DNA of 64,000 nucleotides from Hormiphora californensis (lineage: Eukaryota; Animalia; Ctenophora): the NCBI GenBank assembly GCA_020137815.1, contig CM035359.1:2170001-2234000 (forward strand), read 5' to 3'. Of this stretch, positions 26,077-40,437 are shown piece by piece; position 1 is the stretch's first letter, and each line of letters starts with the position of its first letter. Position numbers and translations under genes: made by a program. The notes below the pieces were generated by a model. It ran no database searches. It had not been told where the DNA came from and saw only the letters and a list, made by a program, of their open reading frames with translations.

Positions 26077-26770
26077 CCCTCTCCTCTCTCCTCTCTCTCT
26101 CCTCTTCCTCTCTCTCCTCTCCTCTTCTCGCTCTCTTCTCTCTACCGCTTCTCTCTCTCTCTCTCTCTTCCCTCCCCTCTCTTCTCCCTCCTCTCTCCTC
26201 TCTCCTCTTCTCTCTCTCTCTTCCGCTCTCTCTCTCTCTCTCCCCTCTCTCCTCTCTCTCTGGGTCTCTCTCTCTCTCTCTCCTCTCTCCCCTCTCTCGC
26301 TCCCTCTCTTCTCCTCTCTTCTCTCTCTCTTCTCCTCTCTCCTCTCCTTCTCTCATCTCTCTCTCTCTCTCTCCCTTTTTCTCTCTCTCTCCTCTCTCTC
26401 TCTTCTCGCCCTCTCTCCCCCTCTCTCTCTCTCCCCTCTCTCTCTCTTCTCCTCTCTCTTCTCTGCTCTCTCTCTCTCCTTCCTCCCCTCCTCTCTCTCT
26501 CTCTCTCTCTCCTCTCTCCTCTCTCTCCGCTCTTCTTCCTCTCTCTCTCCCTCCTCCCCTCTCTCTCCCCCTCTCTCCCTCTCTCTCTCTCTCCTCCTCT
26601 CTCTCTCTCTCCCCTCGCTCTCTTCATTCTCTCTTTTCTCTCTCTCTCTCTGCTTTTCTTCTTCTTCCTTCTCTCCTCTCTCTCTTCTCTCTCTCTCTTC
26701 CTCTTCGCTCTCCCTCTCTCTTCTCGCTCTCTCTCTCTTCTCTCTCTCTCTCCTCTCTCTCGGCTCCTCT
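25930..26770. repeat. Degenerate (CT)n microsatellite tract
   Basis: About 850 bp of CT-rich low complexity; the SL/ER ORFs are artefacts. Confidence 0.95.
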
Positions 26771-29700
26771 GGCCTCCCTTTACCGCTCTCTGTCTTCCTT
26801 TTGAATTTTGCTATTTTTTGCTATTAAACTAATCTCAATTCTCCGTTCATATTTCATTTTTCCCCCTTTAACATTCTTGGGCTGTCTATTTTCTTTTTCC
26901 TCCCCTTTTCTGTTCTTGGAATTCTCTCTCTCCCTCTTATCTCGTTCCTAAATGTTTTTTCAATTTAAACTTTCTTCTCATTCCCCATGTGCCTGTTTTC
27001 AAAACCCTTCGTGGCCATTTTGCTTTTTTGGTCCATTTTGGGTTCTTTTGGGAACGCATTCCACAATGAAATTTGTTCAATTTAACGCCTTTGGGTTGGC
27101 TAAATTCTCAGCCTGTTTTTCTAAATTTAGTGTTATTTAGTGGGGTTATATGGGTTCAGTGTGAAATGGGGCTGAATCACGTGACTTGTACCACGTGGAG
27201 AGGGTTTTAGTATGGAACTAATCCCTCTCTAAAACCCTAGTCAAAGCACAAAAACAAACACTAATTCTGTAGTTCGGTGGCGAAATCGATAGAAACTCTC
27301 CCCTTTTCACACTCAAAAGCCTAATTATCGAGATCTAAAAGTTTTTGTACGGGTTTGTGGAGGACAAACCCCGAGAAATCAGGCTTCGAATTTTTAACCC
27401 CCCATCAATCCTGAGATAACAAGGGGCCTCAGATTTCGCCTTAAAGTCTGAATCTCATTGGTGACGTCATTATTTCCCCCGTTCTCCCTCACACAGGTAG
27501 CCAAACTCTTCGCCCTGATTGGTCCTTTCTTAAGGCACACCCTGGCGTTTTTTCAATCATCATGTTCCCAACCAAATGACTTCACCAGGGTTTAAGGCTA
27601 ACAAAATGGACCTCAAATATGCATTTTAGCCTAATCAATTCATTTTTTGCTACAGCTTTTTCAAATTTTTGGCGTTTTTTTCAATTTTTTGTTGAAATTT
27701 TTTTACCTCAGGACACTTTTTTTGATGAAACATTAAATTCTTGGAATTTGAAGAGAATATAAGAGTGAATAAGCCCAAAGAAGGATTTTTGAAATGGAGT
27801 TATTTCTGGGCCCGAAACGGTTTTTCTTTTTTTTGCTTCTTTTACACGCTGGGCTGAGAGTTTTCCCATCTTTTCCATTAAGTGAAAATCGGAAAAAGTT
27901 GCTCAAAAAACGTTAAACTATTGGGGGGGCGGGGGGGGGGGGGCCCCCAAAAAATTTTTTGGAACTTTTTTCCCGCCAAAAATGTGGTGTACGAGCTTTT
28001 TTTTTTTTTTTAAAAACCCTGTCTTTTTGAAAAAGAGGGAAATTCCCCGTATTCAAAAAAACGGGTGATCGAAGGAAAATGGACCAACTTAAACGATTCA
28101 GAAGGTCCGTTTTGGGGGGGGCTTTAGGTTTGTCCTACTTTTTTTCCCTCAACCGTTTTTGCTTATTGCGAAAAAGGACGCAAGTGGGTGGAAAACCCAC
28201 GGCTCGGAAGAGGGGTTTTCCCCCCCAAGAAAAAGTTTTTTTAATCGCAAAACGGTTGGTGGAAGCAAATGTCCCCAAAACCCCCCAAAACCTTTGAATA
28301 TTTAAGGGCCCCGCCCTTATGATCACCCCGGTTTTGGAAAAGGGTTTCCCTTTTCAAAAAAAGTTTTTTACAAAAAAAACACCCCCTTTGGGGAAGCCAA
28401 ATTTGGGGCCCCCCAAAATCGTTTTGAAACTTTTCCGTTTTCATCTTTGAACGGGAAATTTCCCCCTTTTTTAAAAGAAGCAAAAAAGTCCGTTTTTCCC
28501 CCAAAAATCCTTTCAAAAATCCTTTTGGCACATTTTATCTTTCCAAAAACCAGAATTTTGTTCTCTAAAAAAAGTGGTCCCCAGGGTTAAAACAAAAAAG
28601 AAAAAAACCCCTTTTTGAAAAAAGGGGTTCCCCAAAAAAAATTTCCTTTTTGGGGCGAAGAGAAATTAGGGCTAGATATTGGGTTTGTAATTGTTTAGGT
28701 ATGACCAGATGTTATCTGTCGTTGCCTGCCGAAGCAGCATAGCCTGCATAAGCAGCATTAGCCTGCAGAATTGCAGCAAAGCGGGGAGTAGTAAACTACT
28801 ACTCCGGTAACACCCTAGTAACACCCTATAACACCATATTTACACCCTAGTAACACCCTAGTAACACCTAGTACACCCTAGTAACAACCTCAGTAACACC
28901 CTAATAACACACCTAGTAACACTTCCTAGGTAACACCTATTTACACCCTATTTACACGCTATACATGATACACCCAAGTACTAATAAAACAATAACATTG
29001 AAACCCTCTAGGCTCTAGTAACACCCTAGTTACACCCTAGTAACACCCTAGTAACACCCTATAGTTACACCCTATAATAACACCCTAGTAAAACCCTAGT
29101 AACACCCTAGTTACACCCTATAATAACAACCCTAAGTAAACAAACCAAGTAAACACCCATAAGTTCAATACACCCAATCACTAAAAAAACCAATAACATT
29201 GAAAAATGACCAATAGAAGTTTTACACCTCATGATTAACACCCTGGTAACCACCATGGTAACACCATAGTAAACACCCTAGAACAACATAGTAAACACCC
29301 TCAGTAACACCCTAGTAAAACCCTATAACCACCCTGGTTTACACCCTCAAAAACACCTAGTAACACCCTGGTTACACCCTATAGTTCCATACACCCAATC
29401 ACTAAAACAATAACATTGAAACCGACCAATTAGAGTTTTACACCTCATGATAACACCCTGGTAACACCATGGTAACACCATAGTAACACCCTATAACACC
29501 CTAGTAACACCCTAGTAACACCCTAGTAACACCCTATAACACCCTATTTACACCCTAGTAACACTCTAGTAACGTACCCTATAACACCCTAGTAAAACCT
29601 ACAACACCCTATTTACACCCTAGTAACATTCTAGTAATACCCTATAACACCATATTTACACCCTAGTAACACCCTAGTAACACCCTAGTAACACCCTATT

Positions 29701-30024
29701 AACACCCTAGTAACACCCTATAACACCCTATTTACACCCTAGTAACACTCTAGTAACGTACCCTATAACACCCTAGTAAAACCTACAACACCCTATTTAC
29801 ACCCTAGTAACATTCTAGTAATACCCTATAACACCATATTTACACCCTAGTAACACCCTAGTAACACCCTATTAACACCCTAGTAACACCCTATAGTTAC
29901 ACCCTATAATAACACCCTAGTAAAACCCTAGTAACACCCTATAGTTCCATACACCCAATCACTAAAACAATTACATTGAAACCGACCAATTAGAGTTTTA
30001 CACTTCATATGACGTCATGATTAG

Positions 30025-31409
<1,385 letters not shown>

Positions 31410-32902
31410 AATGTGTAGCAATCTACTTGAATTGATGGTAAATTTTGTGCAAAGGAATGAAATGTTGTAGAATGTAGATGAAGGCATGTAAAGCTATGGA
31501 AATTTCCCCCAAAATCAGTTTGGTTTGTGTTGCTCATCGGAGACTGTAAACAATCACACAGCCAAGTCTTGCTGACCGGACGAGACAGCTCATGGTGCCA
31601 GATCATCCTTTCAGAATCACCATATATTTGTTCAATGTTCGAGAAAGTAGAAATCTAATTTATTTATTTAATTCAACATATCAACTCACCATCTTCAAAG
31701 GCATGTATTGATTGCCTTGATCCCTCTCGACCAGTTCATTTGACAGCTTATCTATCGGATCCCGTTGCAACAACGCGACGCACCCTATAGGAACAAACAA
31801 ATGTAGTAAAATGTGTGGGTCAGTAAGCACCAAACAAGTAAATCACAAGATGAATCAAGCAAAAACCCAAAACTGCCCTAAACTTACTGTTTACATCCGG
31901 TTTGCTGAAAGTTTTCATTTTTAGTAGTTCCGTCCTTTTCCCATCTGACGCAGGGGCCTCCCTCCTCTGAATCATCCTCAGCCACATAGGAGTCCATCAC
32001 TTTACCTTGACATGTTCCTTGTCTGTCAGCTCTCACACCGGGCCGAAGGCCCGGTGCGAGCTTACGCGAGCCCGAAGGGCGAGCGTAAGCGCTTAAGTGC
32101 CGCTTAAGTGCCGATAGACAGACTGCGTAGCATGGCAAAGTAATAAGTGCTGCAGCTGACTCTGTTGGATCTTGTGGGTGGTTCACACACAAGATCCAAG
32201 GCACCCTTCAGAGTTCAGAAGAAGAAGACTTAATTCCAGTGCGAGCCAATAAAGTTTCGAATCACCTTGCTGAGAATCTGTCAGTGTCTGGCGCCGCCGA
32301 CCCCATTTGAGCGCACTCAGAATCAAAATCAAATGTGGTATGGCCCCACCATACAGATGAGAATTGAGGTTAGAAACTAGAAAGAGAAATGCAACTTATA
32401 CATTTGAGAGTACACTATAAGCTCTCAATTGGCATATCGGACTTAAAATGCCAAACTAAAAGCAAAAAGAGTGAAGAAATATTAGTATAATATTCGACTA
32501 CTTACGTCCATGAAAACCAAAGAACTAGGATACAGCTCTGGGGTGATTTACCGATATCTGAGCCGGTTGGGTTGCTGTGCAGCAAGCAATCCCTGAGTTT
32601 TGTATTTGTCCCAACCACCTATATATTACCGATATCTTTTGTTGGGTAAGTAATTAGTAGTTTTTAGTTTTAAGTGATAAAATGGGCGTGTGACTGAAGT
32701 TATGCTTATTATGAAATATATACGTGTGACAGCTGTGACTGTGATTAAAGTCTGCAAGGCTTTGTCAATGCCATATACTAGTTATGATATAGCGTCGGTC
32801 AATGTCGTTAGTCAAGTAATGAAAGGTAACCTGCATACTCTAAATTCTATAAACTATTGACGAATGAATACATAACTGAACGATAAAGCATAACAAACTT
32901 AC

Positions 32903-33827
32903 CAACTTTGATACACTGTGGTGCATCACTTGACCAAGATCCACCCGCCTGACAAGTCAGAGTTGGACTTCCCACAAGGATTTGGTTGGCAGCACATTCG
33001 ATTGTTGCAGTTGTCCCTGTTGGTGAGGCAGACCAGCTCCCTTGCGTTGATCCCTCAACAGCAAAGGCAGGACACATCGTGCTTACTAGAAGAGTAATGT
33101 GCATGGGATGTGTATGGTTTTATTCTATACACGTCTAGTTCTGAGTTCACTATAATTAGTTATTGAATCATCATAATTTAGACCTAACCTGCTTTGTAGA
33201 AATCAGATGCTGTATCATACCCTGAGGTCCAAATGACTTTCAGATCCGCAACACCACCACCCCACCTTACATCATCACTACATCTACTATCGTATGAACT
33301 ATCCGTGAACACCAAGTTCAGCACCTCAACATCATTACATGTGATGATAAAGACAGTGTCCGTTATGGTGATAGTCCATATCTTATCCACCTCCTCCGGG
33401 GGTTGTACTGGCAGGTCAGCGAGGGTAATCACACAGTACTGAAGCTTATACTGCATTGAATTAGTGCCGAATATAATATGCAGGTACAGATGAGAAGTGA
33501 ACGAAACATAAAGATAATCTCCACTGCCTGATACAGAGTCTGTCTTTATCTGGAGAGCGGTTGTCTCCCAGTCCCAGTCTATCCAGTTACCATACTCTAC
33601 TGGCGACCATTCTGAAACATGCATATAATAATACTCTCGGTTGAAAGTCAACAGGCGCGGCCAATATCATTGTTTTTTTATAAATTGTGGGAAAACAGTC
33701 GTGACTGCAGACCTCATGATTCAGGTTACGGCTAATTAGTCTCATAGTATCAGGGCTACATTTAATTCTAACCTGTGAGACGAACCGTCCCCCATAGTGC
33801 AGCTATGAAGAGCAGGAATCGTATCAT
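32903..33827 (-). CDS. Secreted protein: uncharacterised ~140-aa beta-rich domain plus sushi/CCP domain (3' end unresolved)
   Basis: Exons 33773-33827 (MIRFLLFIAALWGTVRLT), 33189-33611 (LQIKTDS...LPVQPPEEVDKIWTI...CNDVEVLN) and 32903-33085 (CPAF...IECAANQILVGSPTLTCQAGGSWSSDAPQC); all phase-1 introns. Confidence 0.8.
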
Positions 33828-34444
33828 GTCAAACCAACCATAGTTTCACATCACTAAATAAACGAGGGTGTTTGTCAGGAACCGTCCGAATCAGGAAATA
33901 CTAGTCCCTGATTGGCTGATAACCAGTCACGTGACATAAATAACGAGTTCAATTATATATAGATTATAGAGTAGATGTACTATAGTATAAACTGGGGTTT
34001 ATTGGGCAATTTTGCATTTGCGGGCATCGCACTATAGACGCAGTACCCACGTACTATAGACGCATTATAAACGCATTATAAACGCATTATAGACGCATTA
34101 TAGACACACGCAATATAGACGCAATTTCGTAAGCAGCACTATAGACGCAATATAGACGCATTATAACAGCAATATAAACGCATTTTTATAGACGCGACGC
34201 AGTATAGCCGCATTATAGGCGCACTACCCACCCCAAAATCACCTTATAGACGCACTATAGACGCATTATAGACTGACTATAGCAGCACCATAAACGCTAC
34301 ATAGACCCATATAGACGCATGATAGAAGCATTATAGACGCAAATCGCTTTTTATAGACGCCGCGTCTATAAAAAACATGCTTTTTAAAGAAGCACTATAG
34401 ACGTACTCCAGGTTACAGTGTGATATTTGAGGCGCAGTTGGGCG

Positions 34445-35115
34445 TTTTATATACCCTGCTAACTTAAATAATGCGCCAGTGGCGAGAAGTCCCACTAGCG
34501 CGCTCTCGATAACCAGCCAGTCCAGCGGCAGATTATTTCCCTCTGGCAGGTTATTTATTTTTAACTCCTATGTTACATTCAAAGTGTGTGTAAATGATCA
34601 GTTCTTACTGAAATACAGAGGGAACACTGTTTGGAAGAGTTACACACTAAATTGAAGAGAAAGAAACAACACATTCCGTCAATTACTCTCTCTTTATCTT
34701 CCCTTTTGTTTCACTATCTCAATTCCTCTGTGTTATGTCTGGCATGCCCCATATCTTGTTCTTTCTTTCTCTCTCTCCTTAGTAACTGTTACCAAACAGT
34801 GTACACTCAATTGAGAGATGTTTTTGACTGTTTCTCAGTTCTCTTTGTGTGTTTTGATTAGTGTTCTCTCTCTTGTTAGTGTGTAATACTTGTAACAAAC
34901 AACTAAAGCAGGGTATATAACCCATAAACTCTTGCCACAGACGCGTTATAGGTTTAAACCCCTCCGCCTCTCCCTCGGCTACGCCTCGGGATCGTCGTCG
35001 TGATTTAAACCAGTTTATCCGCCAGTGGCGGATAAACTACAGCTACCTTCTCCCAGCGGCGCGCTGGGAGAAAGGTATCTGAAATAACGCGCCACTGGCA
35101 AGAGTTTATGCCTCA
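34445..35115. mobile_element. Insertion in the left TIR, HINE/DINE-like
   Basis: Absent from the mirror right arm; contains IR pairs TATACCCTGCT/AGCAGGGTATA and ATAAACTCTTGCCA/TGGCAAGAGTTTAT. Confidence 0.6.
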
Positions 35116-35486
35116 TATAAACGCATTTTTGTCGCATATAAAAGGAAGCAGTATAGACGCATTATAGACGCATTATAGCCGCATGTGTGCGAAATCGATA
35201 AAGATGCAATATAGACGCAAAATAAAAAGGAGAGGGAGAGAGAGGGAGGGAGAGCGAGGGTAAGGGAAGGAGAGGGAGGGACTGAGGGAGAGATACAGGG
35301 ACAGAAACAGAGACAGACGGATAAAGACCTGAGACAGAAGGTCAGAGTAAGATGGAAAGAGAGTAAGATGGAAAGAGAGTGATATAGGGACGGAGTGAGA
35401 CAGAAAAAGACAGAGATGGAAACAAACGGACGTCGGACAGAGACAGACGGACGGACAAACACGCGCTTACTATCTCCCTCTCTGTC

Positions 35487-35530
<44 letters not shown>

Positions 35531-35775
35531 TTAATCTCTCTCCATCTTACTCTGTCCGTCTGTCTCAGATCTGTGTCCATCTGTCTCTGTCTCAGTGTCT
35601 CATGATATGTCTCTGTATCGCTCACATATCGCTTATTCACTTCTCACATATCGCTTCACTTCTCACATATCGCTTATCAGTTTCGTGTTGATCTAGCTTG
35701 CTGCTGATCACACACTTTGTGAAATCGTTGTTGCTGCAGTACTCAGTACATTTCTGAACAAGTTGTCTCCTACTA

Positions 35776-36783
35776 ATGGATCGCACGTTCTCTTCTTGGG
35801 AGCACGGGGCACCAGATGATGAGGTTGATGTTGCAGACTACAGAAAGCTTGAGACCTCTATCATGGGCACGTTGAGATTGGTAGGTGGATATCCCGATCC
35901 TAACAAGGAAGGTGGAATATTTGAAGATAAGAGGATGGTTCACAGCTACCTGGCCAAAGTTGACACCATAAAGAAGACCAAGTTCATTGCTGAAATGGCT
36001 GGACTGCTTTGGTACAGAGCACTTCCCCTGATCAAACATGCCCGTAGTTTCATTGAGAAACAGTCTAGTTCAGAGCAGTTGTTTGAGCAGCTAGAAGAAG
36101 ATCTGAGTTCAGCTAAAGTGCAGTTAGACAATGCACGAGAGGAGCTACTACAGGGACACCGCAAGATCAGTGCCCTGCAAGACGAGGTGAGCTCACTGAA
36201 GGACACTGTTATCTCTCTGAAAGATGACATGCTGGAGAAAAGTGTGAATGCTGTCCAAGCAGTTGTTAAGAATGAGATCCAGAGTTACTCAACAGTACTT
36301 GAATCAGCTGCTACCGCTGTGAACCAGGCGTGTACTACTGCCCTTGCCCCCAGTAAAATCCGTTCAGCGATTGCACGTGCATCTACAGACCGCAGCAGTA
36401 ACTTGATTGTGTATGGCTTGTGTGAGGACAATAGGAGCAGTGACAGTGATAAGGTGAAGGAGCTGTTCGAGCATCTTGTGGAAGCACCGGTTCTTCTGAA
36501 GGTTGAGAGGATTGGGAGGAGCAGAGAGGAACGGGTACGGCCGGTGAAAGTGGTTTTGAGGAGCAGTGAGAGTGTCAGGGCTATCCTGGGCAAGGCAGCA
36601 CGGCTGAAAGAGTCAGAGACTTTCCGCTCAGTGTATGTGGCTCCTGATAGAACTTTAGAGGAGAGAGTAGAGAGGAGAACATTAGTAGCTAATTTGAGAG
36701 AGAGGAGAGAATCAGAGCCAGAGAAAGTGTGGGCTATTAGACAGGGGTCGGTTGTGGGAACTGAAAAAACTGAGAGTGGTTGA
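35776..36783 (+). CDS. LINE ORF1-like protein (coiled coil plus RRM-like/CTD module), intact, with no ORF2
   Basis: 335-aa intronless ORF; heptad region followed by RSSNLIVYGLCE...RIGR...RPVKVVL...VYVAPDRTLEER, typical of CR1/L2-group ORF1 proteins. Confidence 0.75.
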   Translation: MDRTFSSWEHGAPDDEVDVADYRKLETSIMGTLRLVGGYPDPNKEGGIFEDKRMVHSYLAKVDTIKKTKFIAEMAGLLWYRALPLIKHARSFIEKQSSSEQLFEQLEEDLSSAKVQLDNAREELLQGHRKISALQDEVSSLKDTVISLKDDMLEKSVNAVQAVVKNEIQSYSTVLESAATAVNQACTTALAPSKIRSAIARASTDRSSNLIVYGLCEDNRSSDSDKVKELFEHLVEAPVLLKVERIGRSREERVRPVKVVLRSSESVRAILGKAARLKESETFRSVYVAPDRTLEERVERRTLVANLRERRESEPEKVWAIRQGSVVGTEKTESG

Positions 36784-36882
36784 GTTTCTGATGTGTGAGA
36801 GGTCCGAGTCGAGTTGAGAGAGTGAGATATAATCAGAGAATAGAGATTTAATTATTCTTCATTGTACTGCCTATTTATATCA

Positions 36883-38995
36883 TAGCGCTGGCAAGCGCCC
36901 GGGGCCCAATCCTCCCTCCCCCCAACCATCCTTCCCTTAAAAATGTCCATTTTCCAAGCATTCTTGCTTCCATTGAATGGAAAATCGAAATTGCGAAAAA
37001 AAAATCTTTTGAATTTTTTGAAAATTTTTGAAAATTTTGACAGCGCTACTATACTTATTGTCTGAAATCGGCGATTTCAACTTAGTTTTAGACAACCTTC
37101 TCGTTGTCCTACGAACATGCCGCTTGGTAGTTCGTGTTGCCTTGACACCTAGAGCACACGTTTAAAATTTCATGCAAATCGGAGTTACGGTTTTTGCGCT
37201 ACAGATGGTCGTATTTTAGACAAAATGTCCGTTTTTAGCGTGACGAACCACCGTAAAGTAACGACTTTTTTGCGTACACGATGGAGGTCACAGTTTTAAA
37301 GCTATCATCATGAAACTTTGGGAGTCGGTAGGTTTAGTGGTGTACCTTGTATTAAAGCTTGGACAGAGAAAACGGACAGTCATAACAAAAGTTATGACTG
37401 TCTTAAGTTTTCTTTGGCGTCTAAGACAGCCTTCCCGTCGTTCTACGAACACGCCGCTTGGTACGTTGTGTTGCCTTGACATCTCAAACACACGTTCAAA
37501 ATTTCAAGCAAATCCGACTTACGGTTCTTCAGTTACGTGCATCTGACTGTATTAAGATTTAAGACGATTTTCAAAAAAACCTAGAAAAGAGCAAATTAAA
37601 CTTTAAATCATGATTTTATCACATATATTTTGCCAACGTAGGTCAACTGCTGTATTTTCAGATATAATTGGAAGTCATATCTAGATTTATGACTGTCTTA
37701 AATTTAAGACGATTTTAAAAACGCCTAGAAAGAAGCGTTTCAGAGTCTAGATTAACATTGAATCAGATTTATTTTATAAAATAAGGTTTACTGCCGCATT
37801 TTCAGTTATAATGGGTAGTCATATCTAGAGTTATGACTGTCTTAAATATAAGACGATTTGAAAAAACCGAGAAAAGAGCGAATTAGCATCTAGAACCTGA
37901 TTGTATCAGATATATTTGATTATCAATGCTTATCCTTGATCGTTATCAGTAACTAATAATCAAAATCAGAGAATAATCGTGGAGAACTGCAATCACGGAT
38001 AACTAATAAATAATAGTAATCGCGGATAACTACTTAACCACGACAACTCATCGCGAATGAGTAATATGATAGTTACCAATCGCGGATAGCTAATCGCAAA
38101 TATAGCTAATCGCGATAGCTAATCGCGATAATTAATCGCAGATAACTTATAACGGATTCGTGATCAGTTATCCGCGATAGGTTGTCCGCGATTACTATCA
38201 TATTCGTTATTCGCAATTGATATCCGAGATTGGATATCTGCGATTGAAAAAGTCCGTGAATCCCCAATCCACATTTATTAAACTCAGCTAAGTAGTATAA
38301 CAAAATGCCTGATACTAGATCCAAAAACCAAACAAGTTTGGTGGATAGCCGGGGCCGCAGAAATTTAAAAACTTGCGAAAGTTTTGATACATGAACTTTC
38401 GGGGCCTGGGGTGCTGTTAAATTCGCGTTTCCATGATAGTCAGCCGTTCTTTCAAAACACACTATTATTCTGTAAAACAGACTCTGAAACGACCCACTGT
38501 GTGCAGTATATTATACGTGATATGTGTGGAGCTGTATGTATGATAATGTGGAATCAAAAATAATGATAACTTGCAATCATTGCGATAGTTTTCCTGGCAT
38601 ATAGTTCGAAAATGTTGCTGGTTATAGTCATGGAAACGCGAATTTAACAGCACCCCAGGCCCCGAAAGTTCATGTATCAAAACTTTCGCAAGTTTTTAAA
38701 TTTCTGCGGCCCCGGCTATCCACCAAACTTGTTTGGTTTTTGGATCTAGTTTCTTCACAATCCATGTTTCACAATTCATATCCTATTGATTTTGAAACCG
38801 TTTCTTGTAAGGACACGGTGGGGGCCAGGGTGGGGTAACGGGGTCAACGCACACAAAAGTCCTTACACGACTTCGTGTAATTGGCCTCGTTACGCCACTC
38901 TGAACCCTCGCCCAGTTTGGTCCGTGTGGTTCAGCTTTCATGATATTATATATGTATAATTGCGGCTCAGTGCCACTACCCGCCGTGGTAGTTTT
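36883..38995. mobile_element. Non-autonomous repeat with a ~123-bp internal inverted repeat (38314-38437 / 38628-38750)
   Basis: IR ACTAGATCCAAAAACCAAACAAG... is directly visible; internal direct repeats; 5' end resembles 17468. Confidence 0.55.
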
Positions 38996-39542
38996 GATTG
39001 ATTGATTGATTGATTGATCCCTCCCTCCCTCCCTCCCTCCCTCTAGTCTCTCTCCCTCTCCTTCTTATTTTGCGTCTATATTGCATCTTTATCGATTTCG
39101 CACACATGCGGCTATAATGCGTCTATAATGCGTCTATACTGCTTCCTTTTATATGCGAAAAAAATGCGTTTATAGTTCGCCCAACTGCGCCTCAAATATC
39201 GCAGCGTGCGTCTGAATACGTCTATAGTGCTTCTTTAAAAAGCACGTTTTTTATAGACGCGGCGTCTATAAAAAGCGATTTGCGTCTATAATGCTTCTAT
39301 CATGCGTCTATATGGGTCTATGTAGCGTTTATGGTGCTGCTATAGTCAGTCTATAATGCGTCTATAGTGCGTCTATAAGGTGATTTTGGGGTGGGTAGTG
39401 CGCCTATAATGCGGCTATACTGCGTCGCGTCTATAAAAATGCGTTTATATTGCTGTTATAATGCGTCTATATTGCGTCTATAGTGCTGCTTACGAAATTG
39501 CGTCTATATTGCGTGTGTCTATAATGCGTCTATAATGCGTTT

Positions 39543-40437
39543 ATAATATAGATAACCCCGGCTAGTAGAGGGATGAAATCTGATATACCACCCTTTCAGG
39601 GTGGTATATCAATACGATATCCACGAGGAGCAACGCGACGAGGGGAATATCGTGTGATAATCCCCGTTAGGGGATTATCAAATTTCATCACTTTACTAGT
39701 AGTGTCTGACGGTTTATAAGGTCCAAATGAGGCACGGAGCTTTTCTGAATCAGCTTTTGAAGACGAATCCAACGCAACCGGAATTAGCTTTCTATCTTAT
39801 CGGGAAGGTTCGGTTCACAAACACTCATTTTTAGTCATTTTTGCCGCGCGAGCCAATCAGAGGCCAGAATTTTGAAATCCAGCCCTCTGATTGGCTCGCG
39901 CGGCTAAAAATGAAAAAAGTGAACCACCTTCCCGATAAGATAGAAAGCTAATTCCGGTTGCGTTGGATTCGTCTTCAAAAGCTGATGCAGAAAAGCTCCG
40001 TGCCTCATTTGGACCTTATACACCGTCAGACACTATTTACTAGCCGTGGTTATTTCTTATAAAACGACCCCGGGAATTATGAAAGGTGTGAAAACAGAGG
40101 GAGGGAATTATTTGATATACCACAGTAGACTGCGGGAAATATCAGCAGGGGGGGTGGTTTATAATATAGATAACCCCGGCTAGTAGAGGGATGAAATCTG
40201 ATATACCACCCTGTCAGGGTGGTATATCAATACGATATCCACGAGGAGCAACGCGACGAGGGGAATATCGTGTGATAATCCCCGTTAGGGGATTATCAAA
40301 TTTCATCACTTTACTAGCCGTGGTTATTTCTTATAAAACGACCCCGGGAATTATGAAAGGTGTGAAAACAGAGGGAGGGAATTATTTGATATACCACAGT
40401 AGACTGCGGGAAATATCAGCAGGGGGGGTGGTTTATA
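39543..40437. repeat. Tandem pair of ~280-bp elements inserted in the right TIR
   Basis: ATAATATAGATAACCCCGGCTAG...GCAGGGGGGGTGGTTT occurs twice; hairpin GATATACCACCCT-AGGGTGGTATATC; the first copy is interrupted by a hAT MITE. Confidence 0.8.
39700..40035. mobile_element. hAT-type MITE, copy 2
   Basis: TTTACTAG|TAGTGTCTGACGG...CCGTCAGACACTA|TTTACTAG; the empty site is present in the adjacent tandem copy (~40310). Confidence 0.93.

Noticed and set aside
25781-26832. Long SL/ER-rich ORFs (also at 51.6, 54.1 and 58.7 kb)
   Set aside because: Translations of (CT)n/(GA)n microsatellites.
26800-28680. ORFs and odd composition with inflated homopolymer runs
   Set aside because: Looks like error-rich long-read consensus of repeats next to a microsatellite; no interpretable coding signal.
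28808-30000. Telomeric repeat
   Set aside because: The unit is the 11-bp taacaccctag, not (CCCTAA)n, and it is interstitial.
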